Source of the DNA: Parvularia atlantis
Taxonomy: Eukaryota
Direction: 5' to 3'
Assembly (NCBI GenBank): GCA_943704415.1
Contig: CALSCO010001030.1
Coordinates: 62,001-117,669 of the forward strand
DNA length: 55,669 nucleotides
The notes below the pieces were generated by a model. The model made no database searches. It was given only the letters and a program-made list of their open reading frames with translations, and had not been told where the DNA came from. A program made the position numbers and the translations under genes. Below, in pieces: positions 14,287-24,410 of the stretch. Every line of letters starts with the position of its first letter. The first letter of the stretch is position 1.

Positions 14287-14659
14287 GGTCACGTGCTGAG
14301 TGCGTGCAGACTCGGCCGCAGTTCGACTTGGGGTAGTAAAGAGCGCGTACGTAGGCCTATACTCATTCTATCATGGCGTACCCTCCTGGCGTGCCAGCAT
14401 GGCGGGGCGCAGCCGCGACCGCCGCCGTTTCCCGCCCCGCCAACGACAACGGCCAGCAGCCCAAGCGCCGGCGCCAAGACTGAACCCCAGCCTGCTACCA
14501 CGTTGGTACGTGGCAGCCCCGGTGTACGTATTTTGAGTTCACCCTCAGTTGACTTGTGACTGCGTCCCGCGCGTGGTGAGCATGGCCGCTATTGCCGAGA
14601 ATGCAACGGCGCTGACCGCGTGCGCACGTTCGCCCGCCTGCCCCGCAGCACAGCCAGCC

Positions 14660-15366
14660 ATGTCGGGGGGACAGGTGTTCCGCGTGATCGTCAAGTTCAT
14701 CCTGCTGCCGCTCGCGCTCATCGCCTGGTGCGCCGCCGTCCGCGCTGCTGCGCCGAATCCGCACGTTGCGCCAATGAACCTCCACGCAGCCTGCTGCTCG
14801 TCGTGGCCAACATCCTCGTCCTCATCCGCATCTCCCCGGGCGCCAACACGGTCGACCAGGTCATGCAGATCATTTTGCGTACGCGCGGTGGTGCTGCGGA
14901 CGCTGTGTCCGTTAACGCGGACGCAAATAGGCATCTACAACATCGGCTTTGCGCTTGTCCTCGCCGTCGCCGTCTTCGAGAACCAGTTTGTCGTGCGCAA
15001 CATCCAGTTCCTCGGCGACTGGATCGGCTTTGGCTTCTCGCTCATCTTGTGCGTGGCCGGTGCACGCCGCGCCCAGACCGGCCTCACAGGTCGCCGGCGG
15101 CGGCGCAGCCTCGGTGTGCTCACGCTCGCCTCGGTCGGCGCCACAACGCTCGACACGAGCGACTACACCGCCATCATCCGCCTCATCGCCGGCTGGATGG
15201 CCGTCGGCATGGGCGTGATCTTCTTTCTGCTGGTGCGCCTCGCGCTGCCGTGCGCGCCGTGCACACGCCGCTCAGCGCGGGCCCGGCGCAGGGCTGCTTC
15301 GGCTTCCGCAAGTACTACAAGGAGCAGGAGGCCGCGGCCAAGGCCGCGAGCGCTGCCAAGGCGTGA
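14660..15366 (+). CDS. Small 4-TM Golgi membrane protein (COPI-associated/TVP15-like), 4 introns
   Basis: Spliced ...QIILRIYNIGFALVLAVAVFE...IQFLGDWIGFGFSLIFLGVLTL...GWMAVGMGVIFFLLG. This pattern is typical of the COPI_assoc domain. Confidence 0.6.
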
Positions 15367-15405
15367 TGCGTGCGCGACCGCTATATGTTCGTCAGTGCCG
15401 CATGA

Positions 15406-16259
15406 TCAGTTCTGCCTTCCGCGAACGAGCGCGAGCGTTTCGCCGTGCTGCAGCCCGGCCTCGCGCAGCGTCCTGCTCGGCTCGAGGCGCTCGTGCGTGT
15501 CGCCGTGTGCGAGCGAGAGCTGCCGCGGCCGCGCGCCGATGTCAGGGCGACGGACACATGCGAGCCCGGGCAGCGCACCAGGCGCTCCGGCGGCGCCGAC
15601 CCGCGGTTGTTGACGTTGTCGACGCCCAGCGCGGCGGCGGCGCGGTCGAGCACGCGGCCGGCCGTAGCATCCTGCGCGTCGTGTGTAAGAGCGCGTGGCG
15701 TGCGGCGCAAGAGCGCGCGCACCAGGTCGAAGAACATCGGCAGGCTGGCAGACGCAGGCGCAGGCGCGCGCATGTGCACGTACACGCGCCGCTCCATCGG
15801 CACACTCGCCTCGCCTTGCGCACGCGCCTTGATCTTCATGAGCTCGAGCTGCGGCGACCGCTTCTTGGCCGCGGGCGCCGCAGCAGCCGCTGCTGCCTGA
15901 CGCTCGACCGCCGCTGCTGCCCCAGGCACGAGCACCTCGCCGCGGCCGTACTGCAGCTGCGGCGCGGGCCGGTCGGGGTGCAGCACCTCGTGAACCGTGC
16001 GGCCGTCGCCCGATGCGACAGGCACCGGCGCGGCGTGCCCGTCAGCGGCCGTGCACGCGTGCGCACTGATCGACCGGTGATCTGCGCAGAACGTGCGGCC
16101 GCAGCGCGAGCAGCGGTTCGGCAGGAAGTCTGCGAGGGTGTGCGTGCGTGCGCGCGTGAGCGCGGGTCGATCGGCCCGGGGGCCCTGCGCACCGAGCTGA
16201 CCGCAGTCCGCGTACTCACAGTGCCGGCCGACGTGCTCAGCCGCCCGGTCACTTTGCAT
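15406..16259 (-). CDS. ZFAND1: AN1 zinc finger plus C-terminal ubiquitin-like domain protein (ZFAND1/Cuz1-like)
   Basis: VGRHCEYADCGQLDFLPNRCSRCGRTFCADHR...HAC; LMKIKARAQGEASVPMERRVY; TAGRVLDRAA...NVNN. Confidence 0.8.
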
Positions 16260-16274
16260 CAGCAGCCAGTCAGG

Positions 16275-17464
16275 ATGACAGCAGAACTTTGGCGCTTGGG
16301 CCGCGCCCTGATCGACACGTGCGTGCGCGCGTCGATGCGCCGTTCGCGCGCAGGGAGGCTGACCGGGTGGGCGCAGCACACGCGAGACCGTGCGGCGGCT
16401 GGTCGCGGGCAGCAAGCAGTTTGTGGCCAACGAGCGGCACGCGCGCGAGCTGAAGTCTGTAGCGCGTCCGCTCACGCGCTCGGAGCGGCTGCTGGTGCGC
16501 GCGCGCCCATCGGGACATGCGGCGCAGCGGCTGAGCACGGTGCGGCGCCCGAGCAGCTGCTGCAGGTCAGCCGCGACCGCTGGAAGGCCGTGCCGTTCGT
16601 GCCGATCGCCGTCCTGTTCCCGAGCAGCCTGCCGTTCCTCGCCGTGCTCACGCCGGGCCTGCTCCCGAGCACGTTTATCGACGACGCGATGCGCGTGCGT
16701 GGCGTCGCTAGCGCGTGCGCCTCTGGTGGGGTGTGACGCGCCGTCGCCGACGCCGCAGGAGCGCCAGCGCGCCAAGCTGTTTGCGACGCGCGTGCGCCTG
16801 TCGAGCCGGCTCGAGGACGCGCTGCAGCGCACCGTGGCGGTGTGCGGCCTGGGTGGCGCGCGTGTGGCAGCCGGCTGAGTGTTGCGTGGTGCGAGCAGGC
16901 GATGCGCCAGAGCAACGCCAAGACGGCCGCGTTCCGCCCGCGCGACCTCGCGACGGCGGACGGCGTGCTCGGCTTCGCGCACAGCAACCCGGGCGCGTTC
17001 GAGCTGGACGCGTTCGAGAGCGGCGCGCTGCGCCTGGTGGCCGAGTACATGGGCGTGGGGCGGCGCGCGCCGACGCCGTTCCTGCGCTGGCGGCTGCGCC
17101 GGATGCACGCGCAGCTGCAGGAGGAGGACCGGGTGCGGCCGTCGCTTGCCTGAGCGCCCGTGCTGAGCGTGCTGCGCGCGCGGGGAGCAGATCGTGGTGA
17201 GCGAGCCGCTGGGGTCGCTGAGCGGCACCGAGCTCGCGGTGCTGCTGTCGGCGCGGGGCATGTGCGTGAGGCGCTGGGCGGCGGCACACCCGAACGACTG
17301 ACACACCGCCACGCAGGCGGTATGACATGAAGCGCTCCGACAGCGAGGCGGCGCTACGCGACTGGCTGCGGCTCGTCGCGGCCGAGCGCGGCGGCGCTGT
17401 CTCGCCGGGGTTGCTGTTCTTCAGCCGCCCGATCGTGTTCCGCACGCAGCGGCCGTCGCTGTGA
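16275..17464 (+). CDS. LETM1-domain mitochondrial protein (LETMD1-like), about 6 introns
   Basis: LTRSERLL...DRWKAVPFVPIAVLFPSSLP...PGLLPSTF; LRWRLRRMHAQLQEEDR; LGSLSGTELAVLLSARGM; LRDWLRL. Confidence 0.75.
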
Positions 17465-17496
17465 CGCGCCAGTGCACAGCAACACACGTGTCGCGC

Positions 17497-18252
17497 TCAG
17501 ATCTTGAACTGCACGAGCTCGTGCAGCATCAGCGACGCGCTGTAGTAGATCGTCTGCAGGATCGTGATCGGGTCGATCGTGCTCAGCACCGAGTCGGCCA
17601 GGCCGAACGGGAACATGCTGACGATGTCACCGCGGGCGTACTCGAGCGCCCACGTCGCACCGGGCATCTTGTACTGCTTGGCGACGCCGCGGCGCATCAG
17701 ATGCAAGTCGCCGGGCCTGTAGATCTGTGCCGACATCGGGCGTCAGCGGTGCGCGCACGAGGGATGCAGGGAGCGCGTGCCTCGGGCAGCAGCTTGCCGG
17801 GCGCGGCCGCGTGCTGCTCGCCGTAGAGGATGTGGAAGTAGTCGTCGGCCAGGTGGCGCCCGCTGTGGCCCTCGGTGCCCGTGGGCGAGCCGAAGATGAT
17901 GATGTACTCGCTCAGGGAGCAGTGCAGGATCTTCATCGCGCCCATCGCGCCGCCGGCCACGTTGAGAATGTATGGCGTGCCAGTAACGATGTGGTCCTGT
18001 GCAGCGCGCGCCACGACGCGTCAGCACCGCGCACGGCGCGCACGCTCGCACCGGATACGTCTTCTTGAGCTGCGCCACGACGTCGGCGATGACCGCGTCG
18101 GGGCCCTGGTCCTCGTTCGCGGCAACGGCCTTGCGCACGATCGCGTGCAGCGTCTCGGGCTTGAACACGTGCGTCGCAAACTGCTCGACGGCGTAGTGCG
18201 CGAGAACGAGCCCCAGCGCGACGAGCGCGACGGTCGCAACGGTGGCGCGCAT
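17497..18252 (-). CDS. ERG2: C-8 sterol isomerase (ERG2/sigma-1 receptor family, fungal-type), 2 introns
   Basis: [58 protein letters not shown]...MFPFGLAD; N-terminal TM segment. Confidence 0.92.
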
Positions 18253-18312
18253 CGCCGTTTGTGGTGCCACTCACAAAAAAGACCACGTCGATCACGGTTT
18301 CCCTGTGACGTC

Positions 18313-19503
18313 ATGCGCGTGCTCAACGTCATCGTCGCTCTTGCTCTTGTCGCGCTCGTGCCCTCGGCGGCCTGGGCGTGGGGCGCGGAGAAGGTGCTGC
18401 TGAAGGACGTCAAGGTGCGCGGGCGTGCTGCGGCTCCACCGTCGCGGGACTGACGCACATAGCAGGCCCTCACGCTGCAGCGCGGCTTGATGACCCGCGG
18501 CCGCCGCTCGGCGCCCGTGCCCCAGATGCTGTGCGTCGGCGGATCGGCGTGCGGCGTGGCCGGGGCGGAGCCGGAGGTGATGCAGTGCGTCAACGTGGGC
18601 TGGGACGGCTCGGACGTGCAGTGGAAGTGCGAGGCCGAGCTCGACCAACGTGCGCGCGCGGGCGACGTGTTTGCCGCGCCGGGCTGACGCACGGCCGTGC
18701 GCACAGGCTTCCGCCTCGGCACGACCACCGTCTCGTGCGAGGGCTACGCGTACCCGGACGACCCCTACGTGCTCACGGGCAGCTGCGGCGTCGAGTACAC
18801 GCTCCTGCACACCAACGCCCAACCGCACAGCAGCTACGACAGCTTTTACGGTCGCGGCGGCAGCTACGCGTACGGCGGCGGCGGCAGCAGCAGCGGCAGC
18901 CTCGCGTCGGTGCTCTGGCTCGTGCTCGTCGGCCTGATCGTCTACGCCATCTGGACCAGCTACCGCGACAGCGTGCGTTCGCATCCTCTTCTGCTTGACA
19001 CACGCGCGCACATCTCATCGCGGCCGCGCAGCGTCGAGGCTACGGAGGCGGCGGCGGCACAGGCGGCGGCTCCTACGGCGGCGGCTACGACAACGGCCCG
19101 GGTTTCCCGGGCGGCGGCGGCGGCGGCGGCGGCCCGCTGCCGAGTGGTGCGTGCCCGCCTGCCGCGTGTAGCGACGCGCGGACTGACGTGCATGCGTGGC
19201 GAGTAGTGGGCATGCGCGGCGCCGGTACGGGCTGGTGGGGCGGCTTCACGGCGGGCGGGCTGCTCGGCTACCTGCTCGGCGGCTGGAACCGGCCGCGGTA
19301 CAACTGTGCGCGCGACGCGACACGCAGTGCCGCATGCCGTGCTGACGTCCGCGCACGCAGACGGCTACGGCGGCGGCTACGGCTACGCGGCCATGCCGCG
19401 TCTTGGTGGCTTTGGCAGCGGCGGCGGCGGCGGCGGCTTTCGCAGCAGCGGCGGATCGACCACGCGCACGTCTGCGGGCTTTGGCGGCACGCGCCGTCGT
19501 TGA
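18313..19503 (+). CDS. SARAF: SOCE-associated regulatory factor (SARAF/TMEM66)
   Basis: Signal peptide; KVLLKDVKALTL...TRGRRSAPVPQMLCVGG; QCVNVGWDGSDVQWKCEA; VSCEGYAYPDDPYVLTGSCGVEYTL; one TM; tail SAGFGGTRRR*. Confidence 0.93.
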
Positions 19504-19542
19504 TGTTGCCGAATCAAAAACCCATCTGTACGCCCAGTTGCC

Positions 19543-20814
19543 ATGCGTCACGTGCGGCGCTCCGTCGTCCTTGTGGCGGTCGGCGCGCTCGCGCTCGCGG
19601 CGTGGTCGCTGTCGGGCGCGCCGTGGACGGCGCCTCTGCCGGCCGCCGAGGCCGAGGCCGACGCCGGTGCGGTGGTGGTGCGGGTGGCGGAGCCCGTCGT
19701 GGTCGCAACCACGCCGCCGCCTCTGCCGACCACGCCTGCGCCACCAACAACGCCGCCTGCGCCGACCGGGCCGCGCAACCTGCGCGTGTGCACGCTCGTG
19801 CGCAACGTCGTGCCGTTCGTGCACGAGTGGATCGCCTTCCACCGGCTGCAGGGCTTTGACCGGTTCGTGATCTACGACGACCGCAGCACCGACGGGCTCG
19901 ACGCGGCCCTCGCGCCGTACGTGGCCACGGGCGTGGTGCAGCTGCTCAAGCTGGACGGGCTGCAGCGCGAGACGCTGCCGTACATGCACCTGGAGCATGG
20001 GCCAGGCCTGGCCGACGGCATCCGCGCGTGCCAGCAGGACCACCGCCAGCATGGGCACTCGATGATGTACTGCCAGCTGGCCGTGTTCAACGACTGCTTC
20101 GCGCGGGCGCAGCTCGACGGCGACCGCTGGACGGCCGTGTTTGACGTGGACGAGTTCTTCTTCCGCCCGCTCGTCGACACGCCCGACGGGTTGTGCTCGC
20201 CCGGCACGCTCTGGGAGTACCTCGACGGCCTCCCCGGCGAGATGAGCCTGCTCATGCTCAAGGGCATCGTCTTCGGGCCGGCGTACGAGTACTCCAACTG
20301 GACCGGCCCCGTCACGACCACGCACGTCGTTCGCCCGCCCGTCGACCCGGCCACGTACGACTTTGTCATCCCCGACAACGCGCGGTCGTGGTCCCTCTGC
20401 GTGCCCGAGTACTGCAGCGACGGCACGGTCGAGCTGCCCATCCTGGCCAAGGCGGAGAAGTCGTTCCACCGCACGAGCTGCCTCAAGATAGGCGGCGCGG
20501 GCGTGCACTTCTCGCACACGAGCTGCGGCGTGTGGTGGCACGGCTGGGGCCGCCCGCCCGCCGAGGTCCGCCTGCACCACTACCAGACCCTGTCCAAGCA
20601 GGAGGCGCTCGAGAAGCGCACGATCAACCGCAACGAGAAGTACGCCTTCTACGATGACGCGCGCGTGCTCGGCTGGCTCAACGCGGTCGAGGACCGCTCC
20701 GCCGCCGCCTTCTTCCGCTGGGTCGAGCCGTGCATGCGCCGCTCGGCCGATGACATGTTTGACGCGGCGTGTGTGGCGCTGCCAAAGGCGCCGCCGCCGC
20801 CGCTGGCTGCCTGA
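19543..20814 (+). CDS. Type II membrane glycosyltransferase (GT92/GT-A fold), intronless, 423 aa
   Basis: N-terminal signal anchor, Pro/Thr stem, VCTLVRN..FVHEWIAFHRLQGFDRFVIYDDRSTD, WTAVFDVDEFF (DxD motif), LHHY. Confidence 0.8.
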   Translation: MRHVRRSVVLVAVGALALAAWSLSGAPWTAPLPAAEAEADAGAVVVRVAEPVVVATTPPPLPTTPAPPTTPPAPTGPRNLRVCTLVRNVVPFVHEWIAFHRLQGFDRFVIYDDRSTDGLDAALAPYVATGVVQLLKLDGLQRETLPYMHLEHGPGLADGIRACQQDHRQHGHSMMYCQLAVFNDCFARAQLDGDRWTAVFDVDEFFFRPLVDTPDGLCSPGTLWEYLDGLPGEMSLLMLKGIVFGPAYEYSNWTGPVTTTHVVRPPVDPATYDFVIPDNARSWSLCVPEYCSDGTVELPILAKAEKSFHRTSCLKIGGAGVHFSHTSCGVWWHGWGRPPAEVRLHHYQTLSKQEALEKRTINRNEKYAFYDDARVLGWLNAVEDRSAAAFFRWVEPCMRRSADDMFDAACVALPKAPPPPLAA

Positions 20815-20867
20815 CCCCCCTGCACCATTGTTGTACATGTGCAAAGAAAAAACAAAAGGCTGCTGCA

Positions 20868-22977
20868 CTACTGTGCCCGCGCCCGCCCGCGCGCCCGCTC
20901 GGGGTCCTCCGCGCCTGCGTTCGAGGCCTCACCGGCGTCGGCCGGCCCGCCCTGGGCCGCGCCCTCGCCCTGGGCCACGTCGACGTCGCGCCCGGCCACG
21001 CCGGCCTCGCGCCGCTGCCGGTCGTCGCGCCGCTGCTGGCGCATCTCCCACGTGAGCAACTCGGCCGCGGCGTCGCGCGTGTCGCCGTGGCCCGGCCCGA
21101 GCGTGCCCTCCCAGATCTCGTGCGCGCGCTTCATGTGCTCGAACGCGCGCGCCTCGTCGCCCATGGTGTTGTACGTGAGCGCGCAGTTGTAGTGCGAGCG
21201 CGCCGTGTCGGGGTGCTCCGCGCCGACCGTGGCCGCCTTGGTCTCGAGCGCCTTCTCGTAGTAGTGCACGGCCAGGGCAAAGGCGCGCAGGTCGCAGTAG
21301 ACATTGGCGATGTTGTTGTACGATGTGGCCGTGTCGGGATGGCACTCGCCCAGGAGCGCCTCACGGATGCCCAGGGCCTTCTTGTGCACCTGCAGCGCCA
21401 TCTGGCACCGGTCGGCCAGGTAGTAGATGTTGCCCAGGTTGCCGTACGACAGCGCCGTCGTCACGCTGTGCTCGCCGTAGAGCGCGCGGTGGATCCCGAG
21501 CGCGCGGTGGCCGTAGGCGAGGGCGAGCGAGAACGTGCGCATGCTCAAGTAGACCAGGCTGATGCTGTGGTAGCACCACGCCGTGTCGCCGTGAACCTCG
21601 CCGTGCAGACGCAGGCGCAGGTCGAGCGCGACCCGGTGGAACCGCAGCGCCTCGTCGTACTTCTTCTGGAACTTGAACAGCCCACCCAGCTGCTGGTACG
21701 CCCCAGCCGTGCTCTCGTGCTGCTCGCCGCGCACCTTGCGGCAAATCTCGAGCGAGCGGCCGTAGCAACTCAGCGCGCGCTCGTACTGCCCGATGGTGCG
21801 GTAGACCAGGCCCATGCTCTCAAAAGTCGACGTCAGCTGCGGGTGCTCCGGCCCGAGCGCACTCGTCTTGATCGCCAGCGCGCGCTCAAAGTGCACGAGC
21901 GCGTCGCCGTACTTGCTCCGCCGCTCAAGCAGCACGCCCAGGTTGTGCAACGACCGCGCCGTGTCCGGGTGGCCCTCGCCCAGCACCTCGCGGCAGATCT
22001 CCAGGTCGGTCTTGAGAAACCGCATCGCCTCCTCAAGCATGCCCAGGCGCCGCAGGACGATGCCGATGCTGCAGTGGCACATGGCCGTGTCGCGGTGGCG
22101 CCCGCGCAGCCGCTGCCGGATCGCCAGCGCCTTCTCGTACACCTCAAGCGCCGAGCGGCGGCTGTTGCAGTGGTCGAGCGCGTGGCCCTTCCATGAGTAC
22201 GCGCTGGCCAGCAGCAGCTCGACCGCGGGCTCGCGGCGCTCCTCGGCGCTCATGCTCTCGAGCATCTGCGCGGGCGTCAGGCGCGCATGAGAACGCTTCA
22301 CCACGGCGCGCACGCCCACGCACCTCGATCGCTACGTCGCACTGCGTCGGGATGATGGCCCAGGCGACGATGCGCGCGCGCTGCGGGATTGTGTGGCCGC
22401 GCGGGCCCTCGAGCACGGCGAGCAGACGGCGGAAAAGCTCCTTGAGCTCCTCATCCGTCCACAGCAGCGCCAGGAACGAGAAGCCGTGCGCGATATTGGC
22501 AAACAGCGTCGGCACAGCCTCAGGCTGCAGCTCCTGCACGAGCAGCAGCGCGCGCGCGTGGGCCTGCTCGCGGCGCAGCGTCCGCAGGGCCCGGGCGTGC
22601 TCGGGCGTGCTGTACAGGCGCACGGCCTCGCCCAGCACGACGGCGTAGTGCATTTGGTATCGAACAAGCGCGGCGCGCCACGCCTCGTCCGCGCCCTCGC
22701 CCTCGCACGTCCTGCCGGCCGCATCCCGCGCCTCGCCCGCGTCCGCGCTCAGCTGCAGTCGCTCGCCGCCGCCGTCGTCGTCATCGCCCGCGTCGTCGTC
22801 TTCGCCGTCGTCGACCGCGGCCGACACGGCCACGCACGCGTGCACCACACGCCCCTCGTCCATCAGCCGCGCCAGCACCGCCTCGTGGCCCGCGCCCAGC
22901 ACGGCCAGCGCGGCGGCCCGGGAGAAGGAAGCGCCGCGCCCCGCCGCCGCTGTCACGCTAGCCAAGAGCGCGTCCAT
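20868..22977 (-). CDS. TPR protein with about 9 KLC/NPHP3-type 42-aa repeats and an N-terminal helical region; 1 intron (22266-22323)
   Basis: Repeats such as GHPDTARSLHNLG, CHPDTATSYNNIA and EHPDTARSHYNCA. The single GT-AG intron joins ORFs 22144-22977 and 20868-22319. Confidence 0.85.
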
Positions 22978-22990
22978 GATGCGAAATTAG

Positions 22991-24367
22991 ATGGACCTGA
23001 CGGGGTTGCTGCACCGAGCGCGCGACCTCGCGGCCCGGTCGCGCGCGCACGCGCTGCAGGCGGCGCGGTGGGAGGCGCTGGACGGCGACGGGCGGGGCGG
23101 TGACGACACGGCAGCCGTGGTACGTGCCTGCTTTGCCGTTGCCGTGTCGCAAACCACGCCCGCGGCGGCAGGACGCGCTGCAACACCGATGCGACGCGCT
23201 GTGGGCCGAGCTCGTGGCCGTGCAGGGCGAGATTGCGGCCGCGCACGCGCACGCCCCGCCGCCCGCTGCGACGCAGCCCGCGCACGTGCAGCAGGCGCTC
23301 GCGGTGCGCCTCGAGGCCGAGCTGGGCGCGCTGCGGCTGCGCGACCCGTTTGCGGGTGCGGCGCGGCGCGTCCGCTTGGCCGTTACAGACGCGCGCGCGC
23401 GCGCGCGACGCAGAGCGTCCGGACGCGACCGTGGCGCGGCTCGACATCGAGCAGCAAGTGATGCGGTCGATTGCGGAGCTGACGCAGACGCGGGTGCGCA
23501 CGACGAGCGACACGGGGCGCGGCTGACGCGGCGCGCAGGCGATGCTCCGCGGCGATATCGACGCGCTGCGGGCCGAGAGCGAGCGGTGCGTGCGCGGACG
23601 GCGGCACGGCGCGGCGCGCTGCTTACACGCCGGGACGCTCGCTGCGCAGGCTGCGCACGATCAACGCTGAGCACGCCGCGACACGGCAGCAGCTGCGCGC
23701 GCGGGTCGACGAGCTGCACGGCACCGCGGGACCCGAGACGGCGAGGCACGCACAGCCCGCATGCCAGCGCGTGGGCGTGACGGTTGGCACGCACGCACAC
23801 GCAGTGTTGAGCGCGAGCTCACGTTCAAGACCCGCCAAGCCGGCGAGCGCAACGCGGCCCTGCTCAAGCAGATGGTCCTGTTCATGGACGCGTACTTCCC
23901 GAACGTGACTGTGGCCCGCGACGACGGCGCGGTGCGGCGCGCCCAGGGCACGTGTGTTGCTTGCGGGCGCTCACGGGTGTACACGCGCACGCGCAGACCA
24001 AGGCGGCGGCGGCCGCCGCGGCACGAAAGCGGCGAAAGGGCAAGGCGAGCGACCGCGAAGACAACGACGCAGACGGCGCCGCGCCCGAGCCGGCAGCGCC
24101 CGCACCGCCCGCCGTGCCCACGCAGACATTCTCGCTCAAGTCGCTGCTGGAGGTGCGCAGCGCGTGGGCCGCGATGCGCGGGCAGGCCGCACTCACCGCC
24201 GGGCGCAGGACCTGATGAACCTTGCCGTGACGCGACCGACCGACCCGTACCTGGTGCTGCAGAGCAAGCACTGGGGCCCGCACGTCGAGATGCTCATCCG
24301 CGCCGGGATAGCGGTCAAGCACCCGAAGGACGGCACGCGGCTGCGCCTGGTCGAGTTCCACCTGTGA
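22991..24367 (+). CDS. CENPK: Centromere protein K (CENP-K/Sim4/Mcm22), about 7 introns
   Basis: Coiled-coil N-terminus; LKQMVLFMDAYFP; C-terminus SLKSLLEDLMNLAVTRPTDPYLVLQSKHWGPHVEMLIRAGIAVKHPKDGTRLRLVEFHL*, matching the CENP-K C-terminal signature. Confidence 0.85.
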
Positions 24368-24410
24368 GGCCCGTTTCCTTTTGCAAAGTATGCCCACTCG
24401 CTCAAAACGC

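Noticed and set aside
14436..14450. 'ANDN' peptide reminiscent of a tmRNA tag
   Set aside because: The context is eukaryotic nuclear DNA with no tmRNA ends or structure; a four-residue coincidence.
14771..14786. CCAAT...CCACG pair
   Set aside because: The spacer is 6 nt, not 9, and it lies inside an intron.
15381..17312. 643-aa ORF and similar long Arg/Ala/Pro-rich ORFs (e.g. 19246-20868, 20769-22196, 35433-37211)
   Set aside because: These are antisense or intron read-through shadows caused by stop-codon scarcity at high GC; real spliced genes explain the sequence.
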